Notes: a model not told the origin generated them from the letters alone. Counted from the stretch's first letter, positions 1 to 10,347 are shown. The stretch: DNA of 64,000 nt from an uncultured Actinomycetes bacterium (GCA_937127245.1 CAKZLU010000034.1:12605-76604); one strand, 5' to 3'. Numbers and translations are program-made.

Positions 1-64
1 TCTTGCTAAGGCATTTTTTAGCAAGTGCAAAAAGCCTGTTCGCGCCTTTGACCCCTTCCGTCAC
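1..64 (-). CDS. 5' end of a gene running off the window (MTEGVKGANRLFALAKKCLSK...); identity uncertain
   Basis: GTG at 64-62 with GAGGTG 5 nt upstream; frame open to the edge; only 21 codons visible. Confidence 0.45.
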   Translation of the reverse strand, partial: MTEGVKGANRLFALAKKCLSK

Positions 65-549
65 GCTCACACCTCATACCGAAGATTACCCGAACAGAAA
101 ATGACACCGAAAAAGTCCGGTTCCTCTATATAGCCCTTATGTACTATATGAGTGACTCAAATGTAAACTCCCGATAAGAGATTAATCTGAGACCGCATTC
201 AAAAGCAGGGTAAGATCGGGTCTTGAAAGAAATACGGAAAACCGGTTTGCAAGGTTGCACCTCCCCGTACAAACCCAATGCCAAAGCGCTCTCAGATACT
301 GGCTGGATTCCTGAAAAATCCTAACCGCGATGCCCGGCCAACCCGGGGAAACGCGGAAATTTCCAAGACAAAAAGCGCCGCTTACAACGCTTTCGCTTAA
401 TGATATTTTAACGCACAGGGCTGCAAGCAGAGATGAATGGATGAATTTGTCGTGGGGCCTTAAGTGCAACCTAAACTTTCCAGCATGCTGACTCAGAAAA
501 GACGAAAACAAAAGCTTAAGCGCGTCGGCAGGAAAAGGGGTTTTTAGTT

Positions 550-1791
550 TTAGCGCTTCTTCTTTTTCTTTTTTCCGCTTCCCGGACCTTTCGTCCTCGA
601 TTTAGCGGCAGCCTTTGTGGATGGTTTTTTTGCGCCGCCCGCCTGCCGAGAAACCTTCGCGCTTTTTTGGGTTACCGCGCCCGCCGTTGACGGTTCCTCC
701 GCGGTTGGCTTCTCGGATTTCTGTTCCCCGGTATCCCGCACCGGCTTTTTGATAATGGTAGGCGCGGTATGGGCATGAGCCGCCTGCTTTGCTGTCGTCT
801 TACCGCCTGGCACAACCTTGAGCTTCGTTTCGGCCCGCGCGAGTTCTTCCCTCGTCACCACGCGGGTTCTTCGTTTAATCGCACGCTCCCGGTAGGCGCG
901 GTACTTAGGCTCTGTCTCTTTCCAAATCGCAAGAAGGGTGCTCGCGAAAAAGATTGAAGAATAGGTGCCGGCGATAACGCCAACAAAAAGAGCGAAGGCG
1001 AAATCCTTTAAGGTGGCGCCTCCGAAAAGAAGAATCGTTACTATCGGGACCAGAGTGGTCAGAGAGGTGTTAAGAGATCTGGTGAGCGTCTGGTTCACTG
1101 AATTATTCACCATGTCAGAATATGTCATTCCGCTTTGCCTCGTTAACTCGTCCGCGTTCTCCTTGACCCGGTCAAAAACAACTATCGTGTCATAAAGGGA
1201 GTATCCGAGAATGGTGAGCACCGCGATAACCGTTGCGGGGTTTACTTGTCTGCCAACTATCGAGTAAACGCCAACCGTGACAAGTACGTCGTGAAATAAG
1301 GCCAAAATGGCACAGATCGCCATTTTGAACTCGAACCTGATGCTAATGTAAACGAGAATCGCGAAAAGGAAGACCACAAGCGCGATTACCGCCTGCCTGC
1401 TGACTTGAGCCCCCCATCCGGGACCTACTTCATTTACCTGAAGGACCTCGAGCACGCCGGCTTTCTTCTTGAGGGATTCAATAATTTTTCCCCGCTCCCC
1501 CGCTTTTAATTCGGGAGTCCTTATTATGAAACGACCTTCCTCGCCGCGCTGGATTTTAGCGTTAGCGTACCCGAACTCAGCAAGCGTTGAGCGTATCTGC
1601 TCTAAAGTCGTCTTCGGCTTGCACTTGAGTTCAAACTCAATCCCACCGGTGAAATCTATTCCGAAGTTAAGACCCCTGGTTAAAAGAGAAATTACGGAAA
1701 CGATAATCACCACCGCGGAAAGAGCAAACCACACGTACCTGTATTTGATTACCTGCAACTTACCGCCTTCGACCAGAGATGGGATTCTCAT
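550..1791 (-). CDS. secF: Protein translocase subunit SecF with long Lys-rich C-terminal tail
   Basis: GLNFGIDFTGG, GYSLYDTIVVFDRVKEN, GTYSSIF motifs; overlaps the secD stop. Confidence 0.97.
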   Translation of the reverse strand: MRIPSLVEGGKLQVIKYRYVWFALSAVVIIVSVISLLTRGLNFGIDFTGGIEFELKCKPKTTLEQIRSTLAEFGYANAKIQRGEEGRFIIRTPELKAGERGKIIESLKKKAGVLEVLQVNEVGPGWGAQVSRQAVIALVVFLFAILVYISIRFEFKMAICAILALFHDVLVTVGVYSIVGRQVNPATVIAVLTILGYSLYDTIVVFDRVKENADELTRQSGMTYSDMVNNSVNQTLTRSLNTSLTTLVPIVTILLFGGATLKDFAFALFVGVIAGTYSSIFFASTLLAIWKETEPKYRAYRERAIKRRTRVVTREELARAETKLKVVPGGKTTAKQAAHAHTAPTIIKKPVRDTGEQKSEKPTAEEPSTAGAVTQKSAKVSRQAGGAKKPSTKAAAKSRTKGPGSGKKKKKKR

Positions 1792-3212
1792 TTCGCCTCA
1801 CCTCCGGCAGGCGCTTTCTTCCGAGAGCGTAACCCGATCGCCATGGGATTGTCGAATATCTTTAAACCCGAGAGAAACGCCGTCGTGGGTCTTGTGAAGA
1901 AATAGGATATGAATAGGTCGAAAACCGTTGCAATGCCGAGTGTGAAAGCGAATCCCTTCACACCGCCAACGGCGAAAATGTAAAGGATCGCAGCCGCAGC
2001 AAAGGAAACGGTATCCGCGGCAAGTATTGTCCTGAAAGCTGATTTGTAAGCTCGGTCAGCCGATGAGCGAATCGTCCTTCCCTCTCTTGCCTCTTCCTTC
2101 AACCGCTCGAAATAGACGATGCTCGAGTCGGCAGCGATTCCAATCGCCACAATGATTCCCGTTATTCCGGCAAGTGTTAGACTCCAGAACTCGCCCAGCA
2201 CGCATATGAATCCGTACATCAGAGCGCCGAAGACCCCGAGACCCAAACATGTGATGACCCCAAGCGCCCTGTAAAAAAGGAGCATGTAGATGGCAACCGC
2301 GATAAGACCGGCGATACCCGCAATGAGACCTTTTTTCAGGGAATCTTTTCCGAGAGTCGCGGTGACGTCCTGCTCCGTAAGGGGTTTTAATTCAACAGGG
2401 AGCGCGCCTGTATTGAGTACGATGACAAGGTCTCTTGCTTCCTGGTCGGTGAAATCCCCTGTAATCTCCCCTCTTCCCCCGGTTATCGGTTCCTTGATTG
2501 TGGGGGCGGACTCCACCTTGTAATCAAGAACAATCGCGAGCTGCTTGTCCTTGTTTTGGGTCGTGATTTCGGAGAACCTCTTGGTACCGGCAGCGGTGAG
2601 CTCGAAAGTCACCTTCGGTTTTCCGGTTTCACTGTCAACGGCGTACTGTGCTTTCTTTATCGCGTCACCACTTAGCAGCGTTGGTCCAAGTTTTAGCCTT
2701 ATCTCCTCCTCTTTCTCAGTGGTTTTCGCTTTCTCGCCAACAGGAACGGAAACCCTCATCTCTTTGAACGGAAGAATTATCTCTTTCTCGGGTTGGAGAT
2801 TATCCTCACCGGTCGTCACCTGCCATGCGGGGTCTTTTTTTACCTCAGAAGCGAGCTTGCTATCCTGGACAATCCTGAACTGAAGTTGCGCCGTTTGCCC
2901 GATTAGCGACTTTGCCCTTTCCGGGTCATGTATTCCCGGAAGCTGAACAACTATGTTCTTCGCGCCCTGCTTTGTGATTTCGGGTTCAGCAACGCCCAGC
3001 TTGTCAATTCTCTCCCGGATCTTCTCGACGGTTTTTTCGAGGACATCCGGGTCCACCTTTTTCCCTTTTGCCTCATATACGATACTGACTCCACCCTTCA
3101 AGTCGAGACCCAGACGGGGTTCGAGCTTGAAAATAAATTTCGCCAGATAAAGGCAGAGAATAACAAAAAACACAAAGCCCATCGAAATCAGATTTTTCGT
3201 TCTCCTTTTCAT
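1788..3212 (-). CDS. secD: Protein translocase subunit SecD
   Basis: LGLDLKGG, LGVAEP, AIVLD, GALP, IVYFERLKEE, VKGFA motifs. Confidence 0.97.
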   Translation of the reverse strand: MKRRTKNLISMGFVFFVILCLYLAKFIFKLEPRLGLDLKGGVSIVYEAKGKKVDPDVLEKTVEKIRERIDKLGVAEPEITKQGAKNIVVQLPGIHDPERAKSLIGQTAQLQFRIVQDSKLASEVKKDPAWQVTTGEDNLQPEKEIILPFKEMRVSVPVGEKAKTTEKEEEIRLKLGPTLLSGDAIKKAQYAVDSETGKPKVTFELTAAGTKRFSEITTQNKDKQLAIVLDYKVESAPTIKEPITGGRGEITGDFTDQEARDLVIVLNTGALPVELKPLTEQDVTATLGKDSLKKGLIAGIAGLIAVAIYMLLFYRALGVITCLGLGVFGALMYGFICVLGEFWSLTLAGITGIIVAIGIAADSSIVYFERLKEEAREGRTIRSSADRAYKSAFRTILAADTVSFAAAAILYIFAVGGVKGFAFTLGIATVFDLFISYFFTRPTTAFLSGLKIFDNPMAIGLRSRKKAPAGGEAK

Positions 3213-3224
3213 GCTTCGCTTTTC

Positions 3225-3695
3225 TCACTCCTCTTCAACGGGCGATTCATCCTCGCCGTCTATTTCCTCTTCGTAATCTGCCTCGACCTCATCAAGGTCT
3301 TCAACTTCCGGCTCCGTCTCTTCCGGCTCTTCTTCCTCCTCAACCGGTGATATCCTTTTGGATATGGCGGACCTCGATATCTTTATTCGGACGTTCTTGT
3401 CGACCTCTAAAACAACAAAATCTTCGCCGATCCTCTTTATGGTCCCGTAGATCCCGCCTATGGTGACGACCTCGTCCCCCTTTTTCAACTTGGAAATCAT
3501 CTGCTCATGTTCCTGAGCCTTCTTTCTCTGAGGTCTTATAAGAAGAAAATAGAAAACGACGAGCATCACAACAATAAGAACCCACATCATATAAGCGCTC
3601 GTTCCCGCCTGATTCGTCGTCTTCTTGGTGCTGGTATCGGCGGCAAAAAGAATCTCAGGCATTTTCGCAATTAAAAAAGAAACTAATACTTTCAT
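3225..3695 (-). CDS. yajC: Preprotein translocase subunit YajC with acidic C-terminal tail
   Basis: FYFLLIRPQRKK..LKKGDEVVTIGGIYG; ATG at 3695 follows AGGAG (track start 3725). Confidence 0.93.
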   Translation of the reverse strand: MKVLVSFLIAKMPEILFAADTSTKKTTNQAGTSAYMMWVLIVVMLVVFYFLLIRPQRKKAQEHEQMISKLKKGDEVVTIGGIYGTIKRIGEDFVVLEVDKNVRIKISRSAISKRISPVEEEEEPEETEPEVEDLDEVEADYEEEIDGEDESPVEEE

Positions 3696-3743
3696 GATGC
3701 TCCTTTCCTGAAAAGCTTCAACCACAAGTGGGTTTGGAGATAA

Positions 3744-5000
3744 TCATAACATAACATCGCCTAACCTCATCTCCTCGACAATCGAAGCGAAACTGCCGCG
3801 CTCAATCGCTTCCCTCGCTTTGAAAAGAAGCGACGATATCTCGAACAGATTGTGAACGGTGAGAAGATGCAGCCCCAAGATCTCCTTGGCCAGCACGAGA
3901 TGCCGGATGTAGGATCTTGAAAAATTCAGGCAAGCATAGCAGGAACACTTCTCGGATATAGGTGAGCTGTCATCCGCAAACCTCGCGTTCCTCATGTTGA
4001 CCCTGTTGCCCCCGACGATGGCGGCTCCGTTTCTCGCAATCCTAGTGGGAAGAGCCGAATCAAAAAGGTCTACCCCGCACGCGATGGCCTCCACCATACC
4101 CAGGGGATCGCCCACCCCCATCAGGTATCTGGGTTGAACATCCGGCAATTCTGCCACAACCGTTTTCAAGATCTCCACGGTCAGTTCGCGAGGCTCCCCG
4201 ACCGAGAGGCCCCCTATCCCGTATCCGTCAAAATCGCAAGCAACCGTGTATCTGGCGCTCCTCACGCGTAGGTCGTGGTAAAAACCACCCTGAACGATGC
4301 CGAAAAGTAACTGTCTCATTGTCTTTTCCCCTTTGCCGCCAGGACCATCCCCGCAGGCGGCCTCGGTCTTAGAGCGCGAACCGGCAAAGCCGCAAGATTT
4401 CGCGTTCTTTCCAAAGAGGAGCATTCCCTCTTGTCTTCCGGTAAATTTCCTGTGAGCCTCGAGCGCTCTCTCAGCCCATTCGCGGGTCAGCTCAACCGAC
4501 CTAACGACCTGGTCTCTCTCAGAGGGATAGGGCAGACACTCATCCAGTACCATGGCGATGTCCGAGCCGATTCTCAACTGATGCTCAACCGATAGCTCGG
4601 GGGTAAGAAAAATAGTGCTACCGTCAAGATTTGAGCGGAACAGAACACCTTCCCGGTTCACCTTCACGTCTTTCGATAGCGAAAAAATCTGATAGCCGCC
4701 CGAATCCGTGAGGACCGAACCCTCCCATCCCATGAACGAGTGAATTCCCCCCACCTTTTCAACTATTTCTATTCCAGGACGCAGCATAAGGTGATACGCG
4801 TTGGAAAGAATCATCTCGTATCCGAGATCCGCCACCTGATCCGGTCTCATCGCTCTAACCGCCGCCCTTGTCCCCACTGGCATGAAAGCGGGTGTCCTGA
4901 CGGTTCCGTGGGCGGTGGCGATTAATCCCGTCCGTGCGGCAGTTTTTCCGTCTTCCGCTATTAATTCGAAAAAATCAGCCTTTCTTCGAGCAGACATCAA
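3744..5000 (-). CDS. tgt: tRNA-guanine transglycosylase
   Basis: TPAFMPVGT, TDSGGYQ, GIVQGG, GGLSVGE, RYLMGVG, CxCxxC zinc site. Confidence 0.97.
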   Translation of the reverse strand: MMSARRKADFFELIAEDGKTAARTGLIATAHGTVRTPAFMPVGTRAAVRAMRPDQVADLGYEMILSNAYHLMLRPGIEIVEKVGGIHSFMGWEGSVLTDSGGYQIFSLSKDVKVNREGVLFRSNLDGSTIFLTPELSVEHQLRIGSDIAMVLDECLPYPSERDQVVRSVELTREWAERALEAHRKFTGRQEGMLLFGKNAKSCGFAGSRSKTEAACGDGPGGKGEKTMRQLLFGIVQGGFYHDLRVRSARYTVACDFDGYGIGGLSVGEPRELTVEILKTVVAELPDVQPRYLMGVGDPLGMVEAIACGVDLFDSALPTRIARNGAAIVGGNRVNMRNARFADDSSPISEKCSCYACLNFSRSYIRHLVLAKEILGLHLLTVHNLFEISSLLFKAREAIERGSFASIVEEMRLGDVML

Positions 5001-5217
5001 ACCCCTCTCATTTTTTCTGGCATCAGGACCAAGGCCTTATCATCAAACCAAAGGGACGCGCCGGATCGCTTGCTCAACCGATTTATTTACCATATTTCGG
5101 CAAGCACTACCCAGACATTACCCCAGATGAAATCAAAAAACCAAAGATAAACGATTCTTAAGGGACGTTCGCGTCAAAAGAATGCCGGCAGGATAACGCT
5201 TAGCAGGAGTAATAAGA

Positions 5218-6273
5218 CTAATATATGAACATCGCGTCTCCGAAAGAGTAGAATCTGTATCGCTTCTCAACAGCAATCTTGTAGGCCCTCATAATGAGTT
5301 CGATGCCTCCAAAGGCGCAAACAAGAAAGAGAAGGGTTGAGCGGGGAAAGTGAAAGTTGGTTATAATCGCATCTACTGCCTGAAACTCATGCCCAGGTTT
5401 GATAAAAAGGTCCGTTCTCCCCTCGTGGGGAAGGACGCGCAGAGGCTTTTCGGCTGTATCTTTCGCTCTCGTTTTAGCCTTCATAGCGGCGGTTTCGAGC
5501 GCTCGGACAACGGTGGTTCCAACAGCAATCACGCGTCCGGTGCAGTTGTTGACCAGTGATGCGCAATTTTCGTCTACCTTGAACCATTCACTATGCATCT
5601 TGTGGTCCTCAATGTTTTCGGTCCGCACCGGGGTGAAGGTGTCCGCGCCAACGGCAAGTTCAATTTCAGCAATTTTTACCCCCTTCCGCCTGATCTCTGA
5701 AAGAAGTCCAATAGTGAAGTGGAGACCCGCGGTAGGCGCGGCAGCCGAAATCTCCCTGCGCGAGTAAACTGTTTGATAGCGCCTTACGTCAATTTGCGGA
5801 TTTTTGATGTAAGGAGGCAGCGGAATGTTTCCCGCTTCGAACACCCTCTCGTCTGTAACCCCCCGCCCGTTTCGCGAAGTGAAGCGTATTACCGCGCGCC
5901 CAATAGAAGGTTTCATCTCAACCAGCGCTTTCAAATCTTTTCCGGGAAACTCAATCTCGGTTCCTTCCTTGATTCTTGCTCCACCCGTCAGAGCAAGCCA
6001 ACGGCTTTCACCCTGTCTTTCAAGAAGCAAGAGCTCCACCTTACCACCTGTTTCGGATTTTTTTCCCAAAAGCCGTCCTGGAAACACCTTAGTGGTGTTT
6101 AGCACAAGACAATCCTCCGGTTCGAGAATTTTCACGATGTCCTTGAATATGAGATGAGATATTTCTCCGCTCGATTTATTCACCACCATGAGACGGCTTT
6201 CATCCCTATTTTCAAGGGGAACCTGCGCAATCAGGTCTTCGGGAAGATGGTAATCGAAGAGTTTTGTGTCCAT
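5218..6273 (-). CDS. queA: S-adenosylmethionine:tRNA ribosyltransferase-isomerase
   Basis: FDYHLPEDLIAQ, PLPPYI, YQTVY, AAPTAGLHFT, TNFH, YRFYSFGDAM. Confidence 0.97.
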   Translation of the reverse strand: MDTKLFDYHLPEDLIAQVPLENRDESRLMVVNKSSGEISHLIFKDIVKILEPEDCLVLNTTKVFPGRLLGKKSETGGKVELLLLERQGESRWLALTGGARIKEGTEIEFPGKDLKALVEMKPSIGRAVIRFTSRNGRGVTDERVFEAGNIPLPPYIKNPQIDVRRYQTVYSRREISAAAPTAGLHFTIGLLSEIRRKGVKIAEIELAVGADTFTPVRTENIEDHKMHSEWFKVDENCASLVNNCTGRVIAVGTTVVRALETAAMKAKTRAKDTAEKPLRVLPHEGRTDLFIKPGHEFQAVDAIITNFHFPRSTLLFLVCAFGGIELIMRAYKIAVEKRYRFYSFGDAMFIY

Positions 6274-6274
6274 T

Positions 6275-7057
6275 TCAGAATCGCCCGTGTTTATAATATC
6301 TCTCCTTCTCGCTATAGACGCAGCCGCAATAAGGTTGCCTGTAAATACCGAGCTCTCTGCTTATCCTGACGCTCTGGCGGTAGCCCCCGGTCAAATCATC
6401 ATCGATGAACAGTACACCGTGCGCGATCGCTGAATCAGCCCCGGCTGACCTTATCAGGCTCTGTTCCTGGTAAGGGCTTGCGAGAAGAGTTGTCGAAAAA
6501 AGCCCCATTTCCATTTCTTTTGCCTTTGACGCGGACTTATCCAACCTTATGCGGTAACAGAGCGCGCACCTGATGTTCGCGTGCTTCACGCCACCGCTGT
6601 CCGCAGGAACTTTTGGTCCCGCGAAAGTAACCGTCTCCTTTTCCATATTCCACCGCGAAAAAAGAGCAAGCATCCGCCTCATTGAATAATAGCGCCTTGA
6701 AAGCGAATGCCAACTACTCCCGCTTTCGAAAGCAAAGCCATGCGAATAACTCGCCAAGGCGGGCTGCCCAAATGGATAGTCCTCAAGTTCAACCGCATCG
6801 AACCCTTTCGAAAACGCAAAAGCGCTCGGAGCGACCTCGAAGATATATGACTCCATGTCATATTCCCCAATTTCATAACCAATTGAGTTTTTTTCGCAAT
6901 ACTCGACGAACGCATCCAGCCGCCGTGCGTACTCACTGTAAGGCTGTATGTTGGGGTTGTAAAAATATGCCGTAACCTGGAATCCTTTCTCCTGGAAAAA
7001 TCTGTGAGGATATATCAGGCATGGAGCGCAGCACGAATGCAACAGCAATTTTTTCAT
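6275..7057 (-). CDS. queH: Epoxyqueuosine reductase QueH (DUF208) with internal insertion
   Basis: LLLHSCCAPC, FYNPNI, RCxxCY, YRQxYCGC; adjacent to queA and tgt. Confidence 0.92.
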   Translation of the reverse strand: MKKLLLHSCCAPCLIYPHRFFQEKGFQVTAYFYNPNIQPYSEYARRLDAFVEYCEKNSIGYEIGEYDMESYIFEVAPSAFAFSKGFDAVELEDYPFGQPALASYSHGFAFESGSSWHSLSRRYYSMRRMLALFSRWNMEKETVTFAGPKVPADSGGVKHANIRCALCYRIRLDKSASKAKEMEMGLFSTTLLASPYQEQSLIRSAGADSAIAHGVLFIDDDLTGGYRQSVRISRELGIYRQPYCGCVYSEKERYYKHGRF

Positions 7058-7219
7058 TTAAAGATCACCCCACCTCGCTCCAGCTACCGCTTAAGGAAGC
7101 TCAGCGGTCTTATAATATTCATCCCTGAAATATCCTAACTCAAACAGAATATCTGGCGTAGACTTATTGAAAAAGCATCCAGACATGAGTAATTCCGATT
7201 TGCGCAACGGGAGCGTTAG

Positions 7220-8245
7220 CTAAAACAGGGGCGTGTCCAGACCGCCTGTTTCCTTGCCCAAATGCTCGTAAGCTCTCGGTGTGGCAACCCTTCCCCTGGG
7301 AGTTCGCTTTAGAAAACCGAGCATCATCAAGAAAGGCTCATGCACTTCCTCGATAGTATCCGGTTCTTCTCCCACAGCTGCGGCAAGCGTCTTCAGCCCG
7401 ACCGGACCTCCGGAAAATTTGCTTACAACCACTTCGAGCACAGCCCTGTCAATCACGTCCAGACCCGCGTCATCAACCTGAAGAAGCTGCAGGGCTCTTA
7501 CGGCCACTTCCCTGTTTATCACGTTGTCAGCCTCAACCTGGGCAAAATCCCTCACTCTTCTGAGCAGTCGGTTTCCCACTCTCGGCGTTCCCCTCGAGCG
7601 CCTCGCTATTTCAGTGCAGCCTTCGTCGTCAACATCAACTCCGAGAATCTTTGCCGATCTCATGACTATTTCCCGCATATCCTCCAGCGGATAATATTCG
7701 AGCCTTATGGAGACGCCAAATCTTGAAAGAAGCGGCGCGCTCATCAAACCCATCCTCGTGGTTGCACCAACCAGTGTGAACTTTGGAAGATCAAGCCTAA
7801 CAGTCCTTGCGGCGGGCCCTTTGCCTATCACTATGTCAATTTTGAAATCCTCCATGGCAGGGTAGAGTATTTCTTCCACCGTTTTTGGGAGTCTGTGTAT
7901 TTCGTCAATGAAAAGCACGTCCCCGGGCTCAAGGTTTGTGAGTATGGCGGCCAGATCACCCTGTCTTTCGATCGCGGGTCCGCTCGTGGGACGAATATTC
8001 ACGCCGAGTTCCGTCGCTATGATGTTGGCTAAAGTGGTCTTCCCGAGACCGGGCGGACCAGAGAGAAGAACGTGATCTAGCGCCTCATTACGTTTTTTTG
8101 CGGCCTCGATGAAAATTCTGAGCTGCTCTTTATTCGCGCTCTGCCCGATGAACTCGGAGAGTTTTTTCGGGCGAAGAGTGAGGTCAAGCGCTATGTCCTC
8201 ATCAGTTACCTCTTTTGAAGTCACGCTCTTTGCTTCATCGCTCAT
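7220..8245 (-). CDS. ruvB: Holliday junction branch-migration helicase RuvB
   Basis: [40 protein letters not shown]; ATG at 8245 preferred over track start 8305. Confidence 0.97.
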   Translation of the reverse strand: MSDEAKSVTSKEVTDEDIALDLTLRPKKLSEFIGQSANKEQLRIFIEAAKKRNEALDHVLLSGPPGLGKTTLANIIATELGVNIRPTSGPAIERQGDLAAILTNLEPGDVLFIDEIHRLPKTVEEILYPAMEDFKIDIVIGKGPAARTVRLDLPKFTLVGATTRMGLMSAPLLSRFGVSIRLEYYPLEDMREIVMRSAKILGVDVDDEGCTEIARRSRGTPRVGNRLLRRVRDFAQVEADNVINREVAVRALQLLQVDDAGLDVIDRAVLEVVVSKFSGGPVGLKTLAAAVGEEPDTIEEVHEPFLMMLGFLKRTPRGRVATPRAYEHLGKETGGLDTPLF

Positions 8246-8349
8246 ATAAAGTTTTCCCCCGTTTTCAAAGACGATCGCCCCGGAGCGCAAGCTCCCGAGC
8301 CACAACTGGCAGGTTCTCTTGAGCGTGCGGGGCTTCTATAAAGAAGAAC

Positions 8350-8952
8350 TCATATCTTTGAGCCCATATCCTTCAACGCCAACTGAACAAGCGCTCCCGC
8401 CCCCAGAGACTCAAAGCCAGGCTTACTCCTCAATCCCTCGAGGGCTTTCCGAGCCTCCATAGCCGAGTAGCCCAGCTGGACAAGCGCCTCGTAAGCCTCC
8501 TCGAAGGCAATTTTCGCCGGCGAGTCGAGGCTTGCGGCAAGGTCAACAGGGAGCCCCACCTTATCCCTCATCTCGAGAACAAGCCTCTGCGCGCCTTTCT
8601 TACCAAGACCGGGAATCCTGGTAAGAGAGTCAATATCCTGATTTCTCACGATCTCCTCGAAGCGCTCGGATGAATAGACCGAGAGAACCGCGAGCGCTTT
8701 TGCGGCGCCGAAACCGGACACCGAAAGAAGTGTGACGAAAAGCTCTCTGTCACGCTCGTCGTCGAAACCATAGAGGTTTATCGCATCGTCGCGGACGTGA
8801 AGGTAAGTTTGGAGAGACACCCTTGAGCCCACAGGCGGAGAGGACTCGAGCGTCTTTAAGGGTACCCTCACCTCGACCCCGAAACCTCCAACTGAAATCA
8901 CCAGGCTGTTTACGCCCTTCTTAATTATCTTTCCCTCAATGCTTGAAATCAT
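8350..8952 (-). CDS. ruvA: Holliday junction branch-migration protein RuvA
   Basis: LYGF, HhH motifs VSGFG and IPGLGKK, ALVQLGY. Confidence 0.96.
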   Translation of the reverse strand: MISSIEGKIIKKGVNSLVISVGGFGVEVRVPLKTLESSPPVGSRVSLQTYLHVRDDAINLYGFDDERDRELFVTLLSVSGFGAAKALAVLSVYSSERFEEIVRNQDIDSLTRIPGLGKKGAQRLVLEMRDKVGLPVDLAASLDSPAKIAFEEAYEALVQLGYSAMEARKALEGLRSKPGFESLGAGALVQLALKDMGSKI

Positions 8953-9019
8953 GCTTCATTCTCCGCTAAAGAATCATACAATCCGAATGTAACAGCCCCC
9001 CATAAAGCGGCAAGGAGAC

Positions 9020-9589
9020 TTATTTTGCTTTATCCACGCGCTCCACCAAACTTGCGTGATGGAGGTGGCAAAGCGCGAGCGCCAGAGCGTCACAGGCGTG
9101 GTGGGAGACCCCTTTAGAATCGAAGCCCAGAAGAGCGCCCACCATGTAGGCGACCTGCTCCTTCGACGCGTTTCCGTTCCCCACAACTGCCTGCTTGACC
9201 TGAAGCGGAGTGTATTCCTCACACCGTACTTTCAGGTGAGAACACGCAAGCATTATCACGCCCCTCGCCTCACCAACTTCAACGGCGGTTTTCAAGTTGG
9301 TGTTGAAGAACAGCTGCTCGACAACAGCCACATCGGGTGATAACTCCCTGAGCAGGGACTGGACATCGGTGTAAATCATTTCGAGTCGGGAGGGAAGACC
9401 GCAATCCGCCGGCGTGGTGATGGAACCGAAAGGACCCATGGACATTTTCCCGCCCTTCTTTATCACCATTCCGTACCCGGTAGCAGCAATACCGGGGTCT
9501 ATCCCGAGAACCTTCAAAAAAGACCCCCGATTCGCATCAACACGCCGGCGCCTAACCAATTCGCTACGCGCCGACCCTATCGGCATCAA
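9020..9589 (-). CDS. ruvC: Crossover junction endodeoxyribonuclease RuvC (true start may be TTG at 9517)
   Basis: VLGIDPG, VEQLFF, ARGV, YTPLQVKQAVVGNGNASKEQV, DALA. Confidence 0.96.
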   Translation of the reverse strand: MMPIGSARSELVRRRRVDANRGSFLKVLGIDPGIAATGYGMVIKKGGKMSMGPFGSITTPADCGLPSRLEMIYTDVQSLLRELSPDVAVVEQLFFNTNLKTAVEVGEARGVIMLACSHLKVRCEEYTPLQVKQAVVGNGNASKEQVAYMVGALLGFDSKGVSHHACDALALALCHLHHASLVERVDKAK

Positions 9590-10347
9590 AGAGAAGCCAT
9601 CTCCTCCATGACCTCATCGGGTATATCGAAATTCGCGTAAACATCATGGACGTCATCCAGTTCTTCCAGAGCCTCAACCAGGCGGAGAACTTTGCGCGCG
9701 CTTTCCCTGTCAAGTTTAACGGTGGTTTTGGGGAACATGGTGAGTTCAGCGCTCTCCGGCTCCACGCCCGCTTCCACGAGTTTATCCCTGACCGTGCGGA
9801 AATGCTCAACGTCCGTGACTATTTCCCAGTAATCCTCGCCCTCGCTTTTCATATCGTCTGCTCCTCCATCAAGTGCGATGGCGAGAAGCTCCTCTTCATC
9901 AGGAGCCTGGTCCTTCCTTATCAGAAAAACGCCCTTCTTCTCGAATATCCAGGCAACCGAACCAGCCTCACCCAGCCTGCCGCCGGCTCTCGTGAAAACC
10001 CTTCGCACATCAGAGGTGGTCCTGTTGCGGTTATCGGTCAGAGCCTCAACCAGAATGGCGACGCCGCCCTCACCGTAGCCCTCGAAGCTCACCGGTTCAA
10101 GCTGTGATCCCCCCGAGCCCTCACCCGTGCCTTTCGCTATCGCCCTTTTTATATTTTCCATGGGCATACTATAACTTCTGGCAAGTTCAATTGCGGAAGC
10201 GAGCGCCGGATTGGCGTCGGGGTTACCCCCGCCAAGCCTCGCGGCCACGGCGATCTTCTGGGATAACTTGCCGAATAGTTGACCCCTCTTCGCGTCCTCC
10301 TTGCTCTTCTTGTGTTTGATCGAGTGCCATTTTGAATGACCTGACAT
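9586..10347 (-). CDS. yebC: YebC/PmpR family protein
   Basis: MSGHSKWHSIKHKK, EGYG, TDNRNRT, DDVHDVYAN. Confidence 0.96.
   Translation of the reverse strand: MSGHSKWHSIKHKKSKEDAKRGQLFGKLSQKIAVAARLGGGNPDANPALASAIELARSYSMPMENIKRAIAKGTGEGSGGSQLEPVSFEGYGEGGVAILVEALTDNRNRTTSDVRRVFTRAGGRLGEAGSVAWIFEKKGVFLIRKDQAPDEEELLAIALDGGADDMKSEGEDYWEIVTDVEHFRTVRDKLVEAGVEPESAELTMFPKTTVKLDRESARKVLRLVEALEELDDVHDVYANFDIPDEVMEEMASL

Noticed and set aside
182-511. 109-aa ORF after secF
   Set aside because: No RBS or motif; it overlaps a hairpin-rich region that looks non-coding.
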